A stretch of 64,000 nucleotides of DNA from Octopus sinensis (lineage: Eukaryota), in assembly GCF_006345805.1 (NCBI RefSeq), contig NC_043000.1:49414001-49478000 (forward strand). The letters run 5' to 3'. Positions 12,615-24,858 of the stretch are shown in pieces. Below the pieces are notes generated by a model, which searched no databases, was not told where the DNA came from, and was given only the letters and a program-made list of their open reading frames with translations. Position 1 is the stretch's first letter. Each line of letters starts with the position of its first letter. Position numbers and translations under genes: made by a program.

Positions 12615-12890
12615 GGGGCGCAATAGCTCGGTGGTTAGGGCAGCGGACTCAGGGTCGGAAGATCACGGTTTCAATTCCCAGACTGGGCGTTGTGTGTGTT
12701 TATTGAGCGAAAACACCTAAAGCTCCGGCAGGGGGGGGTGGCGACCTCTGTTGTACTCTTTCAGCCCAACTTTCTCTCACTCTTTCTTCCTGTTTCTTGA
12801 GTAATGCTGCAATGGATTGGCATCCTGTCCAACTGGGGGGAACACATATGCCATAGAAAACAGGCTTGAAAAGGACACATAAATAAATAA
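12615..12890 (+). mobile_element. SINE family S4 (tRNA-like head gcgcaatagctcggtggttagggcagcggactc)
   Basis: A-box/B-box-like head followed by a shared body; copies at 24140-24450 (-), 43885-44175 (+), 49160-49395 (-), and a variant at 29280-29570 (-). Confidence 0.85.
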
Positions 12891-13304
12891 AAAATGTTAT
12901 ATACTGCATGTTATTTATGTATGTATGGATGCATGTGTGTGTATATAAATATAGATATGTATTTATAAATGTGTGTGTGTAATCTAGATAAGAAGAAGAC
13001 AAAAATATGTTTGAACACATCTTTAATGATTCATTACAGTTGTTTCTGTAGTGACTCAGCTTGCAATGCCAGCTTTTGAAAAATTCAAAGTGAAAATTTA
13101 CATAATATTTGCAGTTTTAGACATTTGAATGACACTTCATGAGACTTACATCAAAGGTGCCCTATCATATTGGCACAACACACACACACATATATGTATA
13201 AGAACATATGTGAGTGTAAATAAACAGATAGATACGTACATACACATGTATGATTTTATATACTTTGTGTGTGTGTGTGTGTATATATATATATAAAAGC
13301 ATTG

Positions 13305-13490
13305 GTGCTGGTGCCACATAAAAAGCATGCAATACACTCTGTGAAGTGGTTGGCATTAGGAAGGGCATCCAGCTGTAGAAACCATAATAGAACAGACAGT
13401 GGAGCCTGGTGCAGCCCCAAACCTTACCAGCTCTGGTCAAACTGTCCAAATCATACCAGCATGGAAAACAGATGATAAATGATGAGGATG
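13305..13490 (-). mobile_element. SINE/retroposon family S3 (ttggcgttaggaagggcatccagctgtagaa... ending in (GAT)n)
   Basis: Copies at 17450-17625, 18651-18790, 18830-19030, 24857-25110, 54345-55590, 55665-56015 and 56112-56462. Confidence 0.85.
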
Positions 13491-13511
13491 ATGATTACAT
13501 ATATATATATA

Positions 13512-13896
13512 TACTAGCAGTATCGCCCGGCGTTGCTCAGGTTTGTAAGGGAAATAACTATAAAGCATTTTTAGAGAGTTATAGCCAAAAAATAGAAAAA
13601 AAATGGGAAAAAATGATGGTAAATTTTTTTTGAGATTTAAAAAAGGTGGAGTTGCGTCCTCTAGACAGTCTGTGGTTTGTTTCTGATTGTCGACCCCATG
13701 TCGAATTTATCGATTTTTTTCAGAACTGGGGGAACTTTTCAAAATTTTCGCTGCGTTAGTTTTGAATTATGACATTGGGCTATGTGTGTGTCAAGTTTCA
13801 TCAGAATCGGTTGAAAGCCGTGGTCAGGGTGAGGGTACAAGCAAACAGACACACAGAAACACGCACAGACAAACTGCCGTTTATATAGAGAGAGAT
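13512..13896 (+). mobile_element. Non-autonomous Helitron/Helentron-like (Lep1/DINE-type) element
   Basis: Begins tACTAGcagtatcgCCCGGCGTTGCTCaGG (subterminal hairpin-like) and ends ...actgccgtttatatagagagagat, inserted in (AT)n. This is the architecture of invertebrate HINE/Lep1-like repeats; family assignment is by resemblance. Confidence 0.55.
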
Positions 13897-13904
13897 ATAT
13901 ATAT

Positions 13905-13960
<56 letters not shown>

Positions 13961-14885
13961 ACATACATAGGTAGATGGCTTAATATAAAGTCAATAACAT
14001 TGTAACATTTCTCATTTCTTTTCCTTTATTATTGCATTCTCCTCATCTGGGAAAAAAAAGTCTATATCTGTATCTTTGTTTCCCCCGAAAGAAAATAACA
14101 AAAATAAGATAGAACGAAATAAAATAAAAACTTAATACATCACCTTTAATAAAGCAAAAGCGACAATTTTTTCCCTATTTGTCTTTCTCCACACACTGAA
14201 AACATTCGCCATTCCATCTCATTCCTCTTTTTTCTTCTCTCCATCCTTCATTCTTTCCTGTCTTTTGTAGCAAATACAAGCAAATAACCCATGTTGAATT
14301 TTTATCCTTGGGCCATAAGTTGTGACTTTGAAAATCAATATTAACAGAGGTTTTCTCATTAAGTATGAATTTGGCAATTTCAACTAGTTGCAGTTGAATC
14401 CTTATGGCGATGTGAAAACCATCTTGAACAGAAGCTTTCTTTTTGCTTGTTTTTGGTTTTCCTTTCTGTTTTTGTTTTGCTTTATTTGTTTTTGTTATTT
14501 TTTTCTTTCCATTTGTTTGATGGGTTATTGCAATGTTTTGCTTGCTTTGGCTGTACATTGCAATTCAGTTCCAGAGATTACATTGTGTATCTATATACAC
14601 ATATGCGTGCACACTCAAACACACATACATATGTACATGCATACATACAGACAGACAGGTATACATATATGTACAAGGAAATGGACTTTGAATGATGATG
14701 ATGGTGATGATACATGCATTTTGTGTGCATGTTTATGTGTGTGTGTGTGTGTATTATATATTACTTGGGTCTTAAAAAATTATCTCTGTCGCAATTCCTA
14801 AATTTTCTCTAAGACACCTTCTGAAGAGAATCTAAGATTCAAAATAAAAGTACTTCTGCAAAAATCTTGTGTGCATGTATGTGTA

Positions 14886-14931
<46 letters not shown>

Positions 14932-15023
14932 AATGTGTGTGGGTGTAAAGAGAGAGAAAACTATCTCAGCAAGTTTCCTGTAACCCATGCCAACATTGAC
15001 AAAGGAGCCATAAAACCAGTGAT

Positions 15024-15059
<36 letters not shown>

Positions 15060-15062
<3 letters not shown>

Positions 15063-15240
15063 CGCAGGAATGGCTGTGTGATAAGTAGCTTGCTTACTGA
15101 CCACATGGTTCTGGGTTCAGTCCCACTGCATGGCACCTTGTGCAAGTGTCTTCTTCTATAGCCTCAGGCAGACGAAAGCCTTGAGAGTGGATTTGGTAGA
15201 CAGAAGCTAGAAGAAGCCTGTCGTATATATATGTATATAT

Positions 15241-15285
<45 letters not shown>

Positions 15286-15493
15286 ATACATGTTTGTATG
15301 TCTGTGTTTATCCCCCCAACATCGCTTGACAACTGATGCTGGTGTGTTTACGTCCCCATAACTTAGCGGTTTGGCAAAAGAGACCGATAGAATAAGTACT
15401 AGGCTTACAGAGAATAAGTCCTGGGGTTGATTTGCTCGACTAAAGGCGGTGCTCCAGCATGGCCACAGTCAAATGATTGAAACAAATAAAAGA
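15060..15493 (+). mobile_element. SINE family S1 copy
   Basis: aggcgcaggaatggctgtgtgataagtagc head through the ...gattgaaacaaataaaaga tail. Confidence 0.9.
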
Positions 15494-16934
15494 GTAAAAA
15501 ATATATATATATATATATATATTGAATATAATTATCAGTGCTTTTATGTCTCTTTTGTCAATGCTAGCATGGGTTATAGGAAACTTGGTGAGACAGTTTT
15601 CTACTTTCAGATGCTCTTTCTGTCATCAACTCTTACTTTTTGCCACATAAAGTGTTTATTCTATTCTCTCTTTAACTTAACAAACTATAAAACAACCAGG
15701 CAGGTTTCAACAGATTATATAAGCATTGACACCACTTAAACATTGTCATTGTTTCATGTTATAAACACACAATGTGAAGGCTCAGATAGGAATAGACAAA
15801 CAGATGTATAGGTACACATGTGCGTGTGTGTGTACATATATGTATGGATGTACACATATGCTAATACATTATTCTCCCGCACTGTCTTTTTCTCTCTTTC
15901 TCTTTCTCTCTTCCCACATCATTGATTCTCTGTATCCATCTCCAAATGAGTGTCTCCTCTCAGTCACCTAATAAATTCACTGTCTGTTTCTTGATCTCTA
16001 TAAATTTTCAGGGCCTGAAAATTAGGACATCGTGTTAAGGAAAAGACAGAATTGCCATCTGCTTTTATACATATGAAATTGAATTTTGTGTTGTTTAATC
16101 TTGAATGGAAGTTGTACATGAAATTCCATGTATTATAAAAACAATGTTAAAAAAATTACGTCTACTTTGAAATAACTGATGATACAAAATATACACAAAT
16201 TCAAATTCAAGATTATATGTATGAGTTTTATTAAACTCATATATTAATATTCTTTGACTATATCTTACATGCTCTAATATCTGCAGGTATATACATACAC
16301 ACATTCATATATACACATTTGTGTGTGTGTGTGTGTGAGAGAGAGAGATAGAGAGAGTGTAGATATATGCAACTTCATGTTATACCATATGGGTGTTTAC
16401 TCGAAAATAGCTTTAGCTTTAAATTAAGTTTTTCTGTATTTATTGAGATCTTATTTTGACTGAAGTAGCAAACTCATTAAAAAATATTATTTTTATTAAA
16501 TATTACAAACGAAGACTTGATAAATTACATACTAAGGTATTAGTTTCTGTTCACTGTTGACTTTTGCACAGTCCCAAATGGTTTTCCCTTTTAGTGGTGA
16601 AGTTTCCAGTACTGAAATATTGCTACCGATTCTAATGTCTCTTTTGTTTCATTATTAAAAAAGAAAAACATTTTTATTTGTTTTCATTTACAATTTTGCT
16701 GCTAAATTTTATGACTCTTCAGCATATGACTTTTTGAACTTTATAGAAGTTTTTATAAAATGGAATTCCCGCATGCCATATACAAATTACATTGGTCAAA
16801 TTATATTTTCTCAAAGAAAAAAATATTGACAAAATATAGAGCAGCTCTCATCCAGTTGTTAAAATGTCAGTTCTTAGTCTCAAGTAATTTACACAAATTT
16901 ATGTGGTGAGAATTATTTTAAAAGAATGAATCTA

Positions 16935-17343
16935 TAGGCACAGGAGTGGCTGTGTGGTAAGTAGCTTGCTAAACAACCACATGGTTCCAGGTGCAGTCCC
17001 ACTGTGTGGCATCTTGGGCAAGTGTCTTCTGCTATAGCCCCGGGCCGACCAATGCCTTGTGAATGGATTTGGTAGACGGAAACTGATAGAAGCCTGTCGT
17101 ATATATGTATATATATATATGTATGTGTGTGTGTTTGTGTGTCTGTGTTTGTCCCCCTAGCATTGCTTGACAACCGATGCTGGTGTGCTTACGTCCCCGT
17201 CACTTAGCGGTTCGGCAAAAGAGACTGATAGAATAAGTACTGGGCTTACAAAGAATAAGTCCTGGGGTCGATTTGCTTGACTAAAGGCGGTGCTCCAGCA
17301 TGGCCGCAGTCAAATGACTGAAACAAGTAAAAGAGTAAAAGAG
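16935..17343 (+). mobile_element. SINE family S1 copy (young subfamily)
   Basis: Full head to tail; shares diagnostic variants with 30859-31263. Confidence 0.9.
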
Positions 17344-20300
17344 TAATGTATTTGATATTTTACAACATACTAGTACAAGAAATCCTATTTAATACTTTTG
17401 ATAATATAGTGTTTTGAAATTGTTAGAATATAATGAATTATTTATACACATCCGCTTCCCAAGCTGGCATGAGTTGGATGGTTTGACTGGAGCTGGTAAG
17501 GCCAGGGATACCACTAGCCTTCATGGTCTGTTCTGGCATGGCTTCTGCAGCTGGATGCCCTTCCTTATGCCAACCACTCCAAAGAGTGTACTGGGTGCTT
17601 TTTATGTGGCACTAGCACCAGTGCTTCCATATGTATATCAATATTTATACACACACCTACCATAAATTTATAAATATTTATATGCATTGGCCTCCTCCTC
17701 CTCCTCCTCCTCATCATCATCATCATCATCATCAATATGATCATTTTACTTTTTCTACCTTTGCTGGCATAAGCTGAATATATTGCCTCTGTTACAATCA
17801 ATTCTTATTCAGAGTTAAGTGTTTCTTAGATGGGTTTGGAAGGCCACGTCTTACATTTACATTGCATTTCTGCTAAGATTTCTATGACCAGATGCCCTTC
17901 ATTTCACCAAGTGCTTTACAGAGTGCACTGGGTGGATTTTATTATGTCACCATCTCTATAGTTGCTGTATCTCTAGCATGACTAAAGGGACTTCTTCACC
18001 CACTTATTCACCCTGAGTTGTTTCTGGCTCTAGCCATTTGCTAACTACTTTACAGAGTGTCCATGGTGTATTTAGTGAATGCACTATCACTAGAGGCCAT
18101 AAACACAGAAATACAAACTTATAAAGAGATAGAAAGAAAATGAATTTCACAAGGCACTTTATTCACTATGATCATTTCAATCCATTGTGCACTGATGCCT
18201 CACAGGTGAGATACTGTACAAACTTATATACAAATATAAACTGACTGAAGCCTGTAACCCATTAATGAATCATTTAATCATCAATGAAAGCTAAGTGAGA
18301 CTTGTATATTTATTTGAACAGTTCTGTTTGATCGTATTTGCTTCTACACTGCAAGAGAAATAGGTCCTCATGATTCCACATTACTTCTGTGATGAGATAA
18401 AGGTGGAGAAAAAAAAAAGAGATGGTGATGATTGAGGATGAAACAGAGTGAGAGGATGAAAGAAATGGTATGGCTGTGTGGTATGTAGCTTGCTTATCAG
18501 CAACATGTTTCTGAGTTCAGTCCCACTGCATGGCACCTTGGGCAGATGTCTTCTATTATAGCCTCGGACCAACCAAAGCCTTGTGAGTTGATTTGATAGA
18601 TGGAAATTGAAAGAAGCCTGTTGTGTGTGTATGTATATATATATATATACATGTTGGCGTTAGGAAGGGCATCCAGCCGTAGAAACACTGCCAGATCAGA
18701 CTGGGCCTGATGCAGCCTTCTGGCTTCACAGACCCCAGTTGAACCGTCCAACCCATGCTAGCATGGAAAGCGGATGCTAAATGATGATGATGATGATATA
18801 TATATATATATATATATATATACGACAGTACCGCCTAACTGGCCCTCGTGCCAGTGGCACGTAAAAGCACCCACTACAGTCTCGGAGTGGTTGACGTTAG
18901 GAAGGGCATCCAGCTGTAGAAACTCTGCCAGATCAGATTGGAGTCTGGTGCAGCCATCTGGTTCACCAAACCTCAGTCACATCGTCCAACCCATGCTAAC
19001 ATGGAAAGTGGACGTTAAACGATGATGATGATATATATATATGTATGTATATGTTTGTGTGTCTGTGTTTGTCCCTCCACCATCGCTTGACAACCAATGT
19101 TGGTGTGATTACATCTCTCGTAACTTTGCAGTTCAGCAAAAGGGACAGATAGAAAAAGTACTAGGCTTACAAAGAATGTCCTGTAGTCAATTTGTTTGAC
19201 TAAAGGCAGTGCTCCAGCATGGCCACAGTCAAATGACTGAAACAAATAAAAGAATAATAAGAAAAACAGAGCGAATTGGAGAGTAGGAGTAGAGAAGGGA
19301 GAATCGCAGGAGAGACAGTGCTTGGGAGAAAAGGCAGTAATGTGAGGAAAGGCAGTGGTAGCAGGTACTTGTTTGGTGGCTAAGAGAGAGTGTGTAAGAA
19401 AGTGAGGGCAAGTGATAGATATATAAAACATAGCAATTGGCAATGGTAATTGAAAGTAATGACATAATGATTGATATGGTAGGACAAAGTGATAGCTAGT
19501 GAGACATAAGTGATGATGGTGGGATGTATTAGGATGCAAAAAGATCTGATTCTGAGGCATTGTTATATTACCATTGTGCTGGAAAAGAGAGGTAGGGATA
19601 ACAAGGATGGCAGAGGAATTGGATATGAAGAGAGGCAGAGCTGTTTTTTGATACATGGTCGATATGATATCTTTTATTTTTTTTACCTGTTTCACTTATT
19701 GGACTGTGGCCATGCTGGGGCACTTCCTTGAAGTGCTTAGTTAAATAAATCAACCCCAGTGCTTACTTTAGCCAAACCAGTCAGTTACAGGGACATAAAC
19801 AAACCAACAACAGTTGCAAAATGGTAATGAGGGACAAACACACACACACACATATAGATATACATGTATATATGAAGATATATATGTGTGTGTGGGGGGG
19901 TATATGTATATATATAACTATAAGCAATCATAAATCTCTGAGCAAGGTATATATATATATATATATAATGAGCTTTTTTTCAGTCTCTATCAACCAAATC
20001 CACTTACAAGACTCTAGTCAACCTGAAGAGCTAGAAGACACTTGCTCAAGGTGCCTCTTTGTGGGATATCTTTCTTTTCTAAGAATGGAAGGTGAGAGTT
20101 GCAGGAGATCTGGTTGCTGCCAAATTTCACACACAAGACATTGGTCATGTTGAGGGCTAGGTAGAAGATGTTTGCCAAAGTAGAACAAAATGATATCAAA
20201 CCTAGACCCACATGGTTCTGAAGTGAATTTCCTTAGTTGAACAACCATGCATGCACACAAGGTAATAATACATGAACCACTGACCAAATAGCCTGGCGGG

Positions 20301-20697
20301 CTATTGAGCAGCTACTCAAGCTTATATTCTAATGGCATCCCTTTCCTTACAGTATTATATATAATGAGTAAGTTTTGGGGTCGTCGTACTGCTCATAGAG
20401 ATAGAACCAAGTAACCAAAATTTGTATGTATCATTATCTGTGCATTTATGTGTGCATTTATTAAGAAAGTGTATATGTGGGAGAGAATGGGTGAAAAAGA
20501 GTTAAAAATGGACAAAGAGAAAGAGAGAGTTTCTTACACATAGTAATAAAAAAAAAATATAAAGAAATCTATGTCACTGTAATAAATGGAAGGGAAGAAT
20601 GTAGAAGACAAAAAATAAAAGAGGGTATATAAAAGAATGGTGTGGATATTGTAGGCACCTCTTTTATATTTTTTATTTTTATTTTTTGGCTACCTCC

Positions 20698-20731
<34 letters not shown>

Positions 20732-23110
20732 TATTATTATTATTGTTATTATTATTGTTTTTCTTTTCCTGCAAAATGAGATGAAGTTTGTAACAGTTCA
20801 GTTATTCGACTATATAAAGTTGAATGAGATAGATAAGTTAGAATTTCTATTATATAGAGAACACAGACACTATTTTGATTAAGTGAATGACTGGGATGTT
20901 TTCCAGCTAATAAACTGCAGTAAATGCTTGGCTAGACTAAAATAAGGATTACTTTTTAATAACAGAAATGTCACTTAGGAGAAATAATTCAATAACGTAA
21001 ATTTTTATTGTCTTCCTTATTTTATTATTTTTATTATTATTATTTTATTTCTTCTTTTTCTTCTTCTTCTTCTTCTTCTTTTTCTTCTTCTTCTTCTTCT
21101 TTCTCCTTCTTCTCCTTCTTTGTATTATTTGGAGAATTGTATGCTAGCTTGAACAATCATGCTTATATTTTATCTCCGCAAGTTTGAAGGACGACGTTTA
21201 TTTCATTTTAAGAAAGTATATTCTGGTCTGGTCTGGTTTGGACTGACTTTAGTCTGATTTGGCCTGAACACGTGATTTCCTTTCAGTTTATAAGAAATGG
21301 CACACATACACACACACACACACAAAACGTATCTCTTTTCTGCTCTTGTATTGTAATGAAAACGAAGAAGTATTGCAAGTTCGAAATGTGAAACAGATTT
21401 TTCAGAGACAGGGATGGGGTCCAGGAGTGGGAGCAAAAGTAAATACACTGAACTGAAAGTGCTGCAAATAACTACAGATATATAGATAGTGGTGAAAAAC
21501 TGGTCACAAGTTCATATCATATGAGGAACACTACATTGAGCCAGTAGTCAATAGGTAAGACACGTAACCATCAAAACCACTAGATTACCTAGCTGAGAAT
21601 GTGTATCATATAAGCTAACTAGATGTCTTAATGTTGTTGCTCAACCTGCAAGAAATAGCTGTAAAATGTCCCTCAAATCGTACTTTGTGATTATAAAAAG
21701 AAAAAAAGAAAAGGAATGGTACCTTCAGTTATAGGGTTCTAGACACACCATGTCTGAAAGGAAAGCCTAGATGTTCATTGCTAAAATGCTTTAGATCATT
21801 GGTATGCTTGACTAAAGCTAACCTGGTGCTAAACACGAGAAATAAATAGCACATGCTAATACCTGAGGGGATATATTAACTTGCATGGAAACAGGTGAGG
21901 GCTGGGGACAAGAAGGATATCCAGCTGTAGAAAATCTGCCTCAACAAATTCCATGTGACCTGTGCAAGCATGGAAAAGAGGACATTAAAACAATGGTGGT
22001 CATGGTGGTAGTGATCTCGACGGTGATGACAGCAACAATGAGGATGATGGTAAGTGATGATGATGATGATGATGATATATGAGAAATTCATTGGCAGTAG
22101 CACAATATTTTAAACGAAGGTTATTGGGCTCGCCTGCATGTGAATAGCAAGCAAAATTGTACAGAAGAATGCCTGCAGTAATAAAAGGACAGCGTTTGGA
22201 TCCTGTTAAAATATTATCAAAGTATATTGATCAAAGAACAGACACACAAGAAAGATCACTTTGTGGTAACCAAATAATTACCATGGGACTTTGGGAAGCT
22301 TTTTGTCAGGAAAAAAAAAAAGAGAGGATACGTTTGGTTAGGGCTAATGTTCTAGCAAAGGATCAAAGACAGTAATCCTGAAGACACTATGAGAGGCATT
22401 TCACGGATGGCATCACTTGGCAATTATTGAAGCTGCTGTGTTTGTTGTTTGTATCATACATATATAACATAACATAAAAGAAAAATATTTTTTTGAAAAT
22501 AACAAAATAGAAATGGGGAAAATACAGTTCTGGTCTTTTAGTTATAATACTTAATTCACTGAATTCGAATAATCTACACATTTGTTAGCTTCAGGAGCCT
22601 AACACATATTATTGTTTTTTGTTTGTTATCTTTTTTCCTTTCATTCATTTTATTTTTACAAAAACTGAAAATTTTAATACAAATTTAAATTGAATGAATG
22701 ATTGAATAATTTTATTTCTTTTTAATGCATTTTGTTTAATTATTTTTGTCCAGTTGTTCAATTGCAATTAACAACATAGATTGCTTTCTTCTTCCCAAAC
22801 TGAAGTTATAACATTTAATATGAGCTTCATGAGAGATAGAAAGAGAGATAGAAAGAGGGAGAGAGAGGGAGAGAGAGAGAGCAATGAGTTGGTGAATTGA
22901 CAGAAATACTACACTGCAAGACTAAATTGTCTTATAGTGTTTAATTTCATTCCTTCCTCTGTTTGATTTTAATCCTGTCCGGATTTCAACCATCAAGGAT
23001 TAATGAAATACGAAGAAATAATATTCTGAAGTAGAATCAATCAATCAATCTGTTCTCTCACTCCGACAATACAAATTGAATTTGCCCCAATTTCATCAGC
23101 TTCCATTATT

Positions 23111-23320
23111 AACCTTTTTGATATCAGCCCGCCTGAAACTAAACCTTAGTCGTGTGATACAAACATCTTGTCTTAAGGTGATGTAAATTAAAACCATCCA
23201 TTAAAACTTCATGTTGATTTATGTTTGAAACGCCAGCTTTAAGAATGACAAAAATATTTTACTAAACTCTTCATTATTTACAAAATTAATTCAGACAAAA
23301 GTAGTGTATTTCTGAATAAG
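23111..23320 (+). mobile_element. TTAA/CCC-type (piggyBac-like) MITE, degenerate copy
   Basis: Alignable to the reverse complement of 59947-60171 (ttaacc.tt.tgata.c...cttcatgttgatttatg...aattaattcagacaaaag). Confidence 0.55.
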
Positions 23321-24820
23321 AGCAGAATAATTAATTAGAGCAATCTGATTCTTATTAGTGAGATGTAACAGGCATTTATATTGTGCTAGAGTAATTTAAG
23401 TCATGCTAGTTAAGTCAAGATCTTGACATTAAGACAGAGTTGTCTGTGTCCCGCTAGTAATGTTCATGTGTCTAGACCAAACTGGTAGTATCTGAGTCTT
23501 TATTACCAGAAAAGTTCATATAAACACATGCATAATGTATACATGCATACATATGTACATGTGTGTGTGTGTGCACATCTATATACTCCTAATTATCTGA
23601 ACAATCTTTAGAAGAAGCTAATCAAAATATCATGTCAGATTCCTCAATAAAGGTCCAAAATAAGAAAAATAGTCTGCAAACAGACATCAGTAACTGTTAA
23701 TTTTTTGGAGACTCATCACCCCAGCCCATCCCAATTTCAGGTCTCTGTAAGAAATCGATTCATTTCATGATTATATTATATACTGTAAAATAATGTATTA
23801 ACTTATATGCTAACCATTTAAAAGCCACTCACAACACATAATAAATTACTTATGATTGAATAAAACTCTCATCATAACATGAATGATAATATACTTCAAA
23901 ATTTTCTAACATGATGGAATGATTCATAAAGTATTAGTTAGGTAACAATAAAGCTTACAAAAATAGATAATACAGAATTGTTTATAAAACAAGTGAAGGT
24001 GCCTGAAATATTAGAAGGCCAATGTTGATTTAAATGCATAAGTTTTAGTTTAATCTCTATAGATTCTGAATTCAAACACAACCAAAGTAAATTTGAGTTT
24101 GTCATTTGTCTGGTTATGATATAATATTGTCAGCTATATGTGTGTTTTGTTTGTCCCTTCTCAAGCCATGCCTGGCTCATTAGGGCTGGTTTTCTTGCTT
24201 CCTTGGTGTATAGGTTCCCCACCTGGATGGGACGCCAGTCCGTTGCAGGTGAGCTGCAAGATGCAGGAGGAAAGAGTGATAGAAAGTTGTGGCGAAAGAG
24301 TCAGCAGAAGTTCGCCATTACCTTCTGCCGGAGCCGCATGGAGCTAAGGTGTTTCGCTCATAAACACACACATCACCCAGTCTGAGATATGAACCTGCAA
24401 TCCGTCGACCGCGAGTCTGCTGCTCTAACCACTAGGCCATGTGCCTCCACCTATGTGTGTGTGTGTGTGTACAGAAAACAAAGATATTTTATTCCACATA
24501 AGTAGAAATACAGGCAAATTTGAAAATTCACTGAGAACAGTCAAAATATCTTTTATTAAAATATTTGAGGCTTTAACCAGTTTCACAGTTTACACTGATT
24601 TCCCAAAAGTTCAAATAGGAAGATGTGGCTTATGTCACAGCTGTCTTGCTTCTGACTAGTGTCTGAAGTTTACCCTGTTTTTATAGGGAGTTCATGGCTC
24701 AAATTAGTATATGTTTTGAATAGGATTTCATTTGTAGAGGATAGTCACATGACTGGTCTTAGAAATTTTTGTAGGTTTCCAGTTAAATCCTTGTTCTTGT
24801 GTTAGTATCAAATGACAATG

Positions 24821-24858
<38 letters not shown>

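Noticed and set aside
12615-12690. Functional tRNA genes at the SINE heads (also 16935, 29500, 43885, 49395)
   Set aside because: A/B-box-like segments continue directly into SINE bodies, with no intact cloverleaf acceptor stem or terminator.
14270-14420. Strong polypyrimidine acceptor followed by a possible exon
   Set aside because: All three frames stop within 20 codons and there is no donor.
19015-19695. Longest ORF in the window (226 aa, minus strand)
   Set aside because: It spans two SINE fragments and a pyrimidine-rich strand in which stop codons are compositionally rare; no domain is recognisable.
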